Source: Candidatus Heimdallarchaeota archaeon (GTDB taxonomy: Archaea; Asgardarchaeota; Heimdallarchaeia; Heimdallarchaeales; Heimdallarchaeaceae). From it: a stretch of 64,000 nucleotides of DNA. Positions within the stretch are counted from its first letter, which is position 1. Each line of letters begins with the position of its first letter. Shown in pieces: positions 16,600-25,975 of the stretch. The notes below the pieces were generated by a model that worked only from the letters and a program-made list of their open reading frames with translations, ran no database searches and was not told where the DNA came from. Where the stretch lies: contig JAAFKJ010000001.1 of NCBI GenBank assembly GCA_021399395.1, positions 7,357-71,356 of the forward strand, given 5' to 3'. A program made the position numbers and the translations under genes.

Positions 16600-19221
16600 A
16601 TGTCTGAACAACCTTCTCCACTGAAATGCGTCATAATTGATATAGATTTTTTTATTCAAGAGAAGGAAAAAGAGATTGAAGAACCTATTATACGAATTCG
16701 TGGTAAAACAAAAGAGAATCAACCCCTAATTGTTCATATCTCCGGATTTTACCCTTATTTCTTCATTGATGACATTCCAACTACTACAGATGCAATACAG
16801 AGTTTGCTATATACAGAAAAAGAGTTTGGAAGTTGGATTAAAGATCACTATCCTCTAACTAAAAACAAATACTATCAACACAAACCAATTTATCTGCATA
16901 AAATCCTTGGAAGAAATCCGTGGAGGATTCTTAGATATAGTAAGAAATTGAAAGATATAGGTATTAAGAGCTATGAGAACGATATTTCTTATGTATCAAG
17001 ATTCTTAATTGACAACAATATCAAGGGTTTGAACTGGATAGAAATATCTAATTTTAAAGAGAAAACCGATAAAAATGGTGTAAGAGTAGTAGAAACAAAC
17101 ATAGAAAACATAAAACCTATAGAAGATGAAATAGAATTTCCACTCAATATCCTTTCTCTAAGCATAGTGATTAATTCTATCACAAAAGAAGGTAAGAAAA
17201 TAAAGAATTTTTCTAGTGTCTTTGAGGAGAAAGAAAATCGAATAGTTTGTGCAAGTATCGCTTGGGGGAAAAACATAGAAGAAACTAAGAGCAAAAGCTT
17301 TATTCTTGAGAAAGACGATGCAGAAAGTGAGCGTAAGCTTCTTTTTGATTTGATTAAAGAGATTCACGCAATTTCCCCTGAAGTTATAGTAACATTCAAT
17401 GGTAATCAAATTACATTACCTTATTTGATTGCAAGGATGGAAAGATTAGGCTTAAATCCAGCTACTTTAGGACCATATCAAGATGTAAAAATTAAATCGC
17501 CTATTGGCTATCTTGGTTATAGAATACCTGGGTACATAGTTTATGATTTAGTAAAGAGCACCAGATGGCTAAGAACAAGAACAGGAAGAAAGAGACTTTC
17601 TGATTTTGCTAGGGAACTTCTAAATATTGAGAGAGAAGGAGGATATGATAAAGCAAATAATATGTGGTTTAATTCGGTTATAAGGGGAGAAGAAAAACTT
17701 AGTAAGAAACTTAAAAAATTATGTGATCTTGACGCGATAATCGTTCATAATCTATTCTTTGAGATGGGTTTAGAAGAGTATTTGCAAATCGTAAAACTAG
17801 TTGGTATTCGACCCTCTGAAGGCATCTACTCCACTCCAAGACACATTGGAGAGTTTCAACTTTTCAGAGTTCTGCATCACAAAAACACCCTAATTCCCGC
17901 TGAACCTACACGAGAAGAATTAGCTTTTCGTAGGAGTACAAGATCTCAAGCAATTGGAGGTTTTGTTCTTGTTCCTAAAGGAACACTCCATGAAGCCGTT
18001 CTTATTGCTGATTTTCGTTCAATGTTTCCTTCAGTGATGGTTGCATTCAATGTTGGTGGAGAAGGTTACAATGGCGCTGTTGCCCTTCCCGAAAAGAAGT
18101 TTCGAGATGAACCAGATTCAGGTTTAAGAATAATGATGAGAGGATTACTGAAAGAGAGAAAGAAAATCAAACAACAAATTTATGATTTAGAGACATATCT
18201 TCGTACTTTTGAAGACTCAAAGAAGAAAACAGAACTAGGTATTAAGCTTCATAAGTTGAAGACAAAGTCAAGTGCACTAAAGATAACTGCAAATTCTCTA
18301 TATGGCAGTCACAACTATGTTGGGAGCCGTTTTTACGATACAGAAATCTCAAATGCCATTACAAGCATTGCTAAAGATTACATTAAGAAAGTAGACAAAT
18401 GGACTCAAGAGTTCTCAAGTAACCGTTGTCAAGCAATCTATGGTGATACTGATAGTATCTTCATTAAACTATCAGACAAGGATAAAGTCTTTGAAATAGC
18501 ACAGAAAGTAAAAGATGGTGGAGTATTTTCTTTAGAAGAAGTACCTGAAGCTGTTGCTCTATTTGACTTTTTTGAAACAAAATTACCTAAAGAGATGGAG
18601 CTAGAATTTGTTGATTTAGCAACAAGAATCGTTTTTGCTCCTGAAACCAAAAAGAGGTACAGTTACATAAGCGCTGTTACTGGAGAATTAACTATCACAG
18701 GTTTTGAAGCTATCAGAAGTGACACTTCTCCATTTGCTAAAGAGGTTCAGACCGAAGCTCTACAATGCGTTTTAGCTGATGGAAATGTCGACAAAGCAAG
18801 AAAAAGAGTTATTGAGTTGGGATTAGAATTCAAACAAATATCAGAGCAAGAATTACTTGATAAAACCACTATTTTAGGTCCAATTAGAAGGAATCCAAAA
18901 GACTATAAATCGAAGACTCCTGCAGTTGGAGCACTTGAGCATTTTACCATCAGAATGGGTTTGAATATTAATGAAATTTGGAAAGATTATGAAAGATTTC
19001 CATATGTAATTATGGAAGGAGATTCAGCACTGTATAAACGTGCACAACATCCTTCTTTAGCAGATTCTTCTAAAATTGATAAAAACCATTATCTTTTGGA
19101 AGCAGTACGTGATGTTCAGAGAATAGGAGTCAAAGTAGAATTAAGAGATCTTCAATCCTCAAGTCAAAAAACACTTGATTTTTCGTCATTACATGCTAAT
19201 GGAAAAAATGAAGAAGATTAG
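16600..19221 (+). CDS. polB: family B DNA polymerase with intact polymerase motifs but degenerate 3'-5' exonuclease motifs
   Basis: Motif A DFRSMFPS, motif B KITANSLYG, motif C YGDTDS. The Exo I position reads SIV, the Exo II position NGNQIT and the Exo III position LCDLD. Confidence 0.92.
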   Translation: MSEQPSPLKCVIIDIDFFIQEKEKEIEEPIIRIRGKTKENQPLIVHISGFYPYFFIDDIPTTTDAIQSLLYTEKEFGSWIKDHYPLTKNKYYQHKPIYLHKILGRNPWRILRYSKKLKDIGIKSYENDISYVSRFLIDNNIKGLNWIEISNFKEKTDKNGVRVVETNIENIKPIEDEIEFPLNILSLSIVINSITKEGKKIKNFSSVFEEKENRIVCASIAWGKNIEETKSKSFILEKDDAESERKLLFDLIKEIHAISPEVIVTFNGNQITLPYLIARMERLGLNPATLGPYQDVKIKSPIGYLGYRIPGYIVYDLVKSTRWLRTRTGRKRLSDFARELLNIEREGGYDKANNMWFNSVIRGEEKLSKKLKKLCDLDAIIVHNLFFEMGLEEYLQIVKLVGIRPSEGIYSTPRHIGEFQLFRVLHHKNTLIPAEPTREELAFRRSTRSQAIGGFVLVPKGTLHEAVLIADFRSMFPSVMVAFNVGGEGYNGAVALPEKKFRDEPDSGLRIMMRGLLKERKKIKQQIYDLETYLRTFEDSKKKTELGIKLHKLKTKSSALKITANSLYGSHNYVGSRFYDTEISNAITSIAKDYIKKVDKWTQEFSSNRCQAIYGDTDSIFIKLSDKDKVFEIAQKVKDGGVFSLEEVPEAVALFDFFETKLPKEMELEFVDLATRIVFAPETKKRYSYISAVTGELTITGFEAIRSDTSPFAKEVQTEALQCVLADGNVDKARKRVIELGLEFKQISEQELLDKTTILGPIRRNPKDYKSKTPAVGALEHFTIRMGLNINEIWKDYERFPYVIMEGDSALYKRAQHPSLADSSKIDKNHYLLEAVRDVQRIGVKVELRDLQSSSQKTLDFSSLHANGKNEED

Positions 19222-19224
19222 TGC

Positions 19225-19911
19225 TTACAATTCGTGAAGCTCTTCATGAAGGAGTGAGAGTAAATCTCCAGCTCTTTCTCTTGATTTTTCGTTTTCAGAC
19301 ATTTTTTTGACAGAATTTAGAATTGAAAGATTAGAGAAAAGTACTATTAAATTCCAAAGTTTTTCATCTATTTCCAATCCATAATCATCTTTCAAAGAGT
19401 TCATGGATTCATGAGCAAAGTCAATCATATCCTTAACAACAGAGGTTAGAAGCTCGATCTTGAATTCATTTACATCTTTAAAGATTTTATCAGCCATTTT
19501 TCTTACAATTCTCTGAATAGGACGTTCGGGTAGTGGAACTCTTGATTGTAATTCTGTAGGTTCAATTTCATCGAGAGGAGCCCATAGAAGTAAGTTAATA
19601 GCATCAGGTTTATAACTAGCACGATAGTATTTTATTGTCTTAGCCATGTTTTTAATGCTCTCTTCTCTAACTACGACTATCAATTTTGATTTTTCTAAAA
19701 TTTGGAGATGATGATAAACAGCTTGAGGAGTACTATCGATTTTTTCAGCAATTTCAGAGAGGTTCAACTCATTTTCAGAAAGGTGTTGTAAAATGGTTAA
19801 TCGTTTGGTTGAACCTAAAGCCTTGCTGATATTAACAGTTTCGCCTTTTTTCAACTTGATAATATTCACATCTTTTATGCCACTTTCATCTGAACTTGGT
19901 TTTTCTGTCAT
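19225..19911 (-). CDS. ArsR-family winged-helix transcriptional regulator with a C-terminal helical domain
   Basis: RLTILQHLSENELNLSEIAEKIDSTPQAVYHHLQILEKSKLI. Confidence 0.7.
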   Translation of the reverse strand: MTEKPSSDESGIKDVNIIKLKKGETVNISKALGSTKRLTILQHLSENELNLSEIAEKIDSTPQAVYHHLQILEKSKLIVVVREESIKNMAKTIKYYRASYKPDAINLLLWAPLDEIEPTELQSRVPLPERPIQRIVRKMADKIFKDVNEFKIELLTSVVKDMIDFAHESMNSLKDDYGLEIDEKLWNLIVLFSNLSILNSVKKMSENEKSRERAGDLLSLLHEELHEL

Positions 19912-20031
19912 TTACGACTTTACCACACCTAAAAACCGTATTTCTGCCTTTTTTATCTTTTGGTAGAAGTTAATCGAATTTGAGTAACAGAAATATGAGA
20001 ATTGTTCAAAAAAAAGAGTAAGATAAACCAA

Positions 20032-20406
20032 TTAATCTATCTTAATTGATTCAGTTTGTTTGAAAGGATCTTCACCGATAATTGGAATATGAACAACTAA
20101 TAACCCTTCATTATAATGCGCAACAGTTTCTTCTGGATCAGCATCCATTAAGAATGGGTATTCATTGACAAATTCGGAATATTGATCCCTTCTTGCATTT
20201 AGTCGCAATCCATTTTTTACTACTTTGATGGAGATATTTTCCTTCTTAACTCCAGGAAGTTCGTATATCAACCGATACTCATCTTTAGTATCTGCACATC
20301 CTTCTTCATGATTCTTTGTTTCTGTTCCACAATCACAACCACAGTGAACGTGGGGATTGATCCAATACTTTCTACTTCTAATTTCATTAGTTTTACTTTT
20401 TGCCAT
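20032..20406 (-). CDS. small heat shock protein (Hsp20/alpha-crystallin) with a Cys/His-rich N-terminus
   Basis: YRLIYELPGVKKENISIKV...GLLVVHIPI alpha-crystallin core. N-terminus has HVHCGCDCGTETKNHEEGC. Confidence 0.8.
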   Translation of the reverse strand: MAKSKTNEIRSRKYWINPHVHCGCDCGTETKNHEEGCADTKDEYRLIYELPGVKKENISIKVVKNGLRLNARRDQYSEFVNEYPFLMDADPEETVAHYNEGLLVVHIPIIGEDPFKQTESIKID

Positions 20407-20619
20407 TTTAATTCCTCTAAAAATTGAATAGAATTCAAAACAAATTAGTGTTAAATATAAGTAGATTGATTTATCCTTTTAAGACTACTCTTCTACCAAA
20501 AATAATTCTAAATTGAATGTATTTGAAGATTGGCCATTAATTTTAATAAAGCCAACCATCGACATGTTTATAGTTAAATATACTTCCTTCTTCTTGCTTA
20601 TCGGTATTTGATTCACTGA

Positions 20620-21645
20620 GTGATTTATTTGACATTGTATGAAGCAGAATACTATGAAAGACGAGAGGGAAAAGATGTTCAATGTTTATTATGTCCAAGA
20701 AAATGTATCATTAAATCTGAGGATTTAAGTGACTGCAAAGCTAGAAAGAACATAGACGGTAAACTCTATGCTCTTGGATATAATCGGTTTACATCTGTCC
20801 ATGCTGATCCAATTGAAAAAAAACCTGTCTATCATTTTAAACCAGGAACTAATTCCATGAGTTTTGGTGCAGCAGGTTGTAATCTTCATTGTGCTCATTG
20901 TCAAAATTGGAGTATCAGTCAGATTTCTGCTGAGAGTAATAATCTCATAACTGTAACCCCCCAAAATGCAATGGATATCATTCGCAAAAACAACTGTGAT
21001 ACTATCGCTTACACATATAATGAACCACTCATTAACTTTGAATGGATAAAAGATACAGGAAAACTTGCTCATCAAAATGGCTATGCCAATATTCTGGTCT
21101 CCAATGGTTTGATAAATGCTAAACCGTTGCAAGAATTGTTACCTATTATTGACGCAGCAAATATTGACATCAAAGCTTTTACAGAAGATTTCTATAAAGA
21201 TGTAACTGGTTTTCCAGGATTAAAACATATTAAGAAAAATGTAGTCACGATGCTGCAAGAAGGTATTCACATTGAACTTACAATGTTATTAATCCCTACA
21301 CTCAATGACAGCCCAGAAGAGATAGAAGCTTTTGCAAACTGGGTAAAAGAAACATTGAACTCCAAAGTACCTATACACTTCAGTAGGTTCTACCCTCATT
21401 ATAAGATGCAACATCTTCCCCCAACCCCCGTAGAAACAGTTTTGAATGCAAAGAAAATTGCTGAGAAAGTGGGTTTGAGATATGTTTATACAGGAAATTT
21501 ACCTTATTCTGAGATAAATACAACTACATGTCAGAACTGTGGATCTACATTAGTTGAACGTGTTAATTATACTGTGAAAATAATTGAATTAGGGATAGAT
21601 GGTAATTGTAGAAAATGTGGAGAACCATCTGATTTTCATCTTTAA
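20620..21645 (+). CDS. AmmeMemoRadiSam-system radical SAM enzyme (AmrS)-like
   Basis: QCLLCPRKC...DCKARKN, GCNLHCAHCQNWSIS, C-terminal CQNC...CRKC. GTG start; nearby TTG alternatives are possible. Confidence 0.85.
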   Translation: MIYLTLYEAEYYERREGKDVQCLLCPRKCIIKSEDLSDCKARKNIDGKLYALGYNRFTSVHADPIEKKPVYHFKPGTNSMSFGAAGCNLHCAHCQNWSISQISAESNNLITVTPQNAMDIIRKNNCDTIAYTYNEPLINFEWIKDTGKLAHQNGYANILVSNGLINAKPLQELLPIIDAANIDIKAFTEDFYKDVTGFPGLKHIKKNVVTMLQEGIHIELTMLLIPTLNDSPEEIEAFANWVKETLNSKVPIHFSRFYPHYKMQHLPPTPVETVLNAKKIAEKVGLRYVYTGNLPYSEINTTTCQNCGSTLVERVNYTVKIIELGIDGNCRKCGEPSDFHL

Positions 21646-21710
21646 ATCCTTCTAGTTTGAATATTGTGCTACAATTATCCTTATATGTTTATAGAAAAAC
21701 GAAGGAGCGT

Positions 21711-23108
21711 ATGTTAGACACCTTAGAGGAAATAATAAATGGTGTATCTCTATCGAACAAAGATTTTCTAGATATACGCTATGCATATGCTATGGGAGAA
21801 TCTTTTACTGTTCGAAATGGACGTTTTGATAGTATCAGCAATCAAACTACTGGAGGGATAGCTATTAGAGCTTTAATAGATAATGCTTGGGGTTTCACCA
21901 CAATAGTCGATACTGATAAAGAATCAATTCTCAAGGCAATTAAGAAAGCAATAAAGATGGCTAAAGCTGGATCTAAATACACCAAGCAAGAAAGAACAAT
22001 CAGCGATAATTGGGTATTTGAAGGAAGTGGAACAACTAAACTTGAAATAGATCCGAGAGAGATAGATAAAGAGACAAAATTCAATAAAATAATTCAAACA
22101 GAAAAGACTGCTAGGGAATACTCAGATACAATTGCCGAAGCTTCTTCAACCTATCAAGAATCTCATGGTAAAGAATTTATTGTAAACAATAAAGGAACAA
22201 AAGTTAGCAATGAAGAACATGTTATTCGGTTGATGAAAAATATTGTAGGGAGACAGGGGACAAAAATGCAAAGTGTTTTTGACTCTATTGGAGGTGCCGG
22301 TGGTTGGGAATTAGTTGAAAAATGGGATCCTGAAAAGGAAGGATTGAAAGCTGCAGTTCTAGTTGAAAAATTATTACTGGCTAGAGAGCCTCCATCAGGA
22401 AAAATGAATGTAATCATGGATCCCTCACTAACCGGAGTTTTCATCCATGAAGCATTTGGGCATGCTTGTGAGGCTGATGGAATTATCGCTAAAAATTCTA
22501 TTCTGGAAGGGAAGATAAACAAACGTGTTGGTGTTGAAGGAATTAACGTTTATGATGATCCTACCATTCCCCAATTGCGAGGTTCATTCGAGTATGACTC
22601 CGAAGGAACAAAAGCTCGTAAGAGGGTTTTGGTAGAAGATGGAATTCTAAAAGAATATTTCCATACTCTAGAAACTGCAACAGCATTAGGAATGGAACCA
22701 AATGGTGCTGGGAGGGCTATGAATTTTAATGTTACACCTCAAGCTCGTATGGGGAATACATATGTTGCTAGTGGTGACATGAAACTTGAAGAAATAGCAG
22801 AAAAGGTAAAAGATGGAGTATATCTCAAAGACTCATATGGGGGGTATGTTGTACCTGCTAAAGGTCAATTTTACTTCACATGCCAACTAGGCTATTTTAT
22901 CGAAAATGGTGAGATAACTGACATGATGGGTAATGTCGGGATGTCAGGTATGACTCTAGAAGTATTGCAAAACACTTTCGCAATTGGTGAGAAGTGGGAA
23001 CCAGCTTTTGAGGGAACGTGTGGCAAAGGTGGACAATGGGTTCCAGTAATTGGTGGAGGTCCAAATCTAGGGGTTTCAGATTTAGTTGTTGGAGGAACAG
23101 AACAATGA
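21711..23108 (+). CDS. tldD: TldD-family metalloprotease
   Basis: HEAFGHACEADG (HExxxH), C-terminal GGGPNLGVSDLVVGG. ATG 21711 is preceded by GAAGGAG. Confidence 0.9.
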   Translation: MLDTLEEIINGVSLSNKDFLDIRYAYAMGESFTVRNGRFDSISNQTTGGIAIRALIDNAWGFTTIVDTDKESILKAIKKAIKMAKAGSKYTKQERTISDNWVFEGSGTTKLEIDPREIDKETKFNKIIQTEKTAREYSDTIAEASSTYQESHGKEFIVNNKGTKVSNEEHVIRLMKNIVGRQGTKMQSVFDSIGGAGGWELVEKWDPEKEGLKAAVLVEKLLLAREPPSGKMNVIMDPSLTGVFIHEAFGHACEADGIIAKNSILEGKINKRVGVEGINVYDDPTIPQLRGSFEYDSEGTKARKRVLVEDGILKEYFHTLETATALGMEPNGAGRAMNFNVTPQARMGNTYVASGDMKLEEIAEKVKDGVYLKDSYGGYVVPAKGQFYFTCQLGYFIENGEITDMMGNVGMSGMTLEVLQNTFAIGEKWEPAFEGTCGKGGQWVPVIGGGPNLGVSDLVVGGTEQ

Positions 23109-24454
23109 CATCAAAAGAAGATTTACATGAACTAGCAGAATTCATCATAAAACAAGGGTTGAAACTAGGAGCAGATCAAGTAGAAGCTTATACATTATAT
23201 GGTTCAGCTAAGAGCGTTCAAGTTGAAAGAGGCTCAATTAGAAAGTTTACCGACATTAGCAACTCTGGTTTAGGAATCCGCATCATTAAGGACAAATCTA
23301 TAGGTATGGCTTCAACAACAATTTTTACCAAAGATAGCATAGAAAATTGCGTTAATAATGCATATGCTTTAGCTAAAGTAAGTCCGCCTGATCCAAATTT
23401 TGATTCTTTACCTGTAGATGAAACACCTACACCAGAGATACAGGACAGATATGATCAATCTGTTATCGATTTAGATGTTGAAGAATTTACTGAAATTATC
23501 TTACAATCCATTCAAGAAGCACAAAAGTATGAAAAAGCTATAATTGGAGGGAACTTCACAGCTGGTTATGGTGAAAGGTTTATCGTTAATTCACAAGGTA
23601 TTGATCGAACATCTTCTCAAACATCCGTCAGTGGATATCTGAGCGTTAAGCTAGAAGAAGGAGAAGATATCGGTAATGCGTATTATTATGATGCTTCAAC
23701 AGTTCTTTCTAAGTTTAAGTATGAGCAAATTGGAAAAGTAGCTGGGGAAAGAGCTAAAAACATGTTAGGATCTAAGAAAATAGAAACTACATCTTTGCCA
23801 ATTCTACTTGACCCCGACAGCACATATGGAACAATCGAACCTATCCTTTCGAACGGTATTAATGCTTTTAGCGTGTTTAACAGAACTGCATTCTTTGTTG
23901 ACAAAATTGGAGATGCAATAGCAAATGAGAAATTGAACATCACAGATGATCCTTTCTATCCAGGTGGGACAGATTCAGCCCCCTTTGATGATGAGGGTGT
24001 TGTTCCCAAAAAACTGAAATTGGTTGAAAATGGAATACTGCAGACCTATATCACTGACTCATATTCTGCGCCATTAGTTGGTTTAGAAAATACCGGTCAT
24101 GCTTCAAGAGGTTCATTCGCTTCTAGACCTAGACCAGCGCCTTATACACTCAGTATCGAACCTGGAACCATTTCTAAAGATAATCTAATAGCTGATATGA
24201 AAGAAGGAATCTTAATGATTGGTTCACCTCTCCATTCAAGAGGTAATAATCCTCAAATCTCAGCACAAATCAATCAAGGTTTTCTTGTTAAGGATGGAGA
24301 GATACAATACCCAATTAAAAATGCTGTAATTGGTTGTACTGTTTTCGATGTTTATCAAAAAATAGATAAACTAAGTAAAGAAATAGAAAACCGTAATGGC
24401 CATAAAGCACCTTGGATGTTATTAAAAGCATTACAAGTAAGTGGAGGCAAGTAA
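23105..24454 (+). CDS. pmbA: PmbA/TldE-family protein, partner of TldD
   Basis: Homologous TldD/PmbA fold without HExxxH. ATG 23105 overlaps the tldD stop (ATGA), so the track's upstream extension is rejected. Confidence 0.88.
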   Translation: MTSKEDLHELAEFIIKQGLKLGADQVEAYTLYGSAKSVQVERGSIRKFTDISNSGLGIRIIKDKSIGMASTTIFTKDSIENCVNNAYALAKVSPPDPNFDSLPVDETPTPEIQDRYDQSVIDLDVEEFTEIILQSIQEAQKYEKAIIGGNFTAGYGERFIVNSQGIDRTSSQTSVSGYLSVKLEEGEDIGNAYYYDASTVLSKFKYEQIGKVAGERAKNMLGSKKIETTSLPILLDPDSTYGTIEPILSNGINAFSVFNRTAFFVDKIGDAIANEKLNITDDPFYPGGTDSAPFDDEGVVPKKLKLVENGILQTYITDSYSAPLVGLENTGHASRGSFASRPRPAPYTLSIEPGTISKDNLIADMKEGILMIGSPLHSRGNNPQISAQINQGFLVKDGEIQYPIKNAVIGCTVFDVYQKIDKLSKEIENRNGHKAPWMLLKALQVSGGK

Positions 24455-24521
24455 CCTCCCAACCCACTATTTTTTGAAATTTAATCAAAAACTTTATTGG
24501 TATAGTATAAAGAATCTAACT

Positions 24522-25403
24522 ATGCCTAAAATCAGTTTGACTTCGATTGCGAATATTCTTTCAATTGGAGTAAATTCTTTACTTATTATTCTTAAACTGG
24601 TAATAGGATTTCTATTTAATTCAATCAGTCTAATAGCTGACGGATTTGATTCTGTTATGGATGTAGTCTCAGCTTCTATTGCTGGGGTTGGTGAAAGGAT
24701 AAGTAGAAAACCTCCTGATCGAGATCATCCATTTGGTCACCAGAAATTTCAACTTATCTCAAGTCTCGTAATTGTTCTTACAATGTTTATCTCATCTTAT
24801 TTTATTGCACAAGAATCAATTAATCGACTAATTGAAGCAACATCTTACGATTTAGAAATTTGGATATTAGTAGCTGCAAGTGTATCATTGGTCACTAAAT
24901 TATCAATTTCCATAGCTTTAATGAAAATAGGAAAAAAACTCAAGTCTACTGTCTATATAGCAAACGCAAAAAACTACAGAACAGATGCTATTTCGTCAAT
25001 TTTTGTAATTATTGCATATATTGGAGGTAGATTTGATGTGTGGTGGTTAGATCCAGCGTGTGCATTTGTTATTGTTGCATTGATTCTCTTTACAGGTTTT
25101 GAGATAGCCAAAATGTCTCTTCCAGAACTTCTCGATAAAGGTCCATCTTTGGAAATTGTTGAGGAACTAAAATCTACTGCACTTGCATGTCCTGAAATTA
25201 AAGAAGTGCACGTAATACGACTGAGATCAATTTTAGGTTCTTATACAGGAGATTTCCACATACTTGTAGACCCCGAGTTATCCATTCTTGAAGCACATGA
25301 AATCTCAGAAAGAGTTAAAGCGAAACTTGAATCTACAGGACACTTTAGAGACTTGTTAATTCATATAGAACCGTATATTCCTGAAGAAAGTTTGGAAGGT
25401 TGA
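24522..25403 (+). CDS. cation diffusion facilitator (CDF) metal efflux transporter
   Basis: TM2 motif LIADGFDSVMD, HPFGH, and TM5 YRTDAISS with a cytoplasmic C-terminal domain. Confidence 0.85.
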   Translation: MPKISLTSIANILSIGVNSLLIILKLVIGFLFNSISLIADGFDSVMDVVSASIAGVGERISRKPPDRDHPFGHQKFQLISSLVIVLTMFISSYFIAQESINRLIEATSYDLEIWILVAASVSLVTKLSISIALMKIGKKLKSTVYIANAKNYRTDAISSIFVIIAYIGGRFDVWWLDPACAFVIVALILFTGFEIAKMSLPELLDKGPSLEIVEELKSTALACPEIKEVHVIRLRSILGSYTGDFHILVDPELSILEAHEISERVKAKLESTGHFRDLLIHIEPYIPEESLEG

Positions 25404-25892
25404 TTATTCTTCAACAAGAGATCTGTTCTTTCTCTTCCAAGCAGTTAAAATGAAACCTAGTTCTCCTCCATGTTGATTAAGATGATGAATATACTCGAAT
25501 AACCAATCTTCGACAGAGATGCTATATTCTTTATATGTTCTCATCTCACTCAGCTGTTTATCAACAATATTTGCTAGTTCCTGTTCTACTTTGGAAACCA
25601 TTTCATCATACCCTTCAATCAAATCATCCAAAGTTAATCCCTCAGGTTTTTCCTCGAAATGATACCCTTCTTCATCATTATTTAGAATGACATTTACAAT
25701 CCAGATCTGATCATGAATTAGATGCTCTATTATCCATCCAGAGGTATACATTGTATCATGTACTTTCCAAGCTAGAATGTCTTCAGGTAGATGAGTTAAA
25801 TATTCTCGGAACGCTTCGTGTGATCTTTTTATAATTTCAAGATAGAACTGTGATTTTTGATTTAGAGTCATGATTATGAACCAAAAACCCAT
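25404..25892 (-). CDS. hypothetical protein, possibly DinB-like four-helix bundle
   Basis: Spaced His residues (EHLIHDQ, YIHHLNQHGGE). Weak call. Confidence 0.4.
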   Translation of the reverse strand: MGFWFIIMTLNQKSQFYLEIIKRSHEAFREYLTHLPEDILAWKVHDTMYTSGWIIEHLIHDQIWIVNVILNNDEEGYHFEEKPEGLTLDDLIEGYDEMVSKVEQELANIVDKQLSEMRTYKEYSISVEDWLFEYIHHLNQHGGELGFILTAWKRKNRSLVEE

Positions 25893-25975
25893 CTTCTATT
25901 TAAGATGTAGGTTTTGTAGAAATTTTCTGGGTTCTGATGAAAGATTTTTATTTATCATCGAATAGAGAATGTTGA

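Noticed and set aside
16600-19221. Intein or split gene in PolB
   Set aside because: Motifs A, B and C follow each other at normal spacing in one 873-aa frame. There is no insertion with intein block motifs.
23018-23104. Upstream extension of pmbA given by the track (start 23018)
   Set aside because: It would overlap tldD by 90 nt and gives a Trp/Arg-rich non-homologous leader. ATG 23105 forms an ATGA overlap with the tldD stop and begins the conserved sequence.
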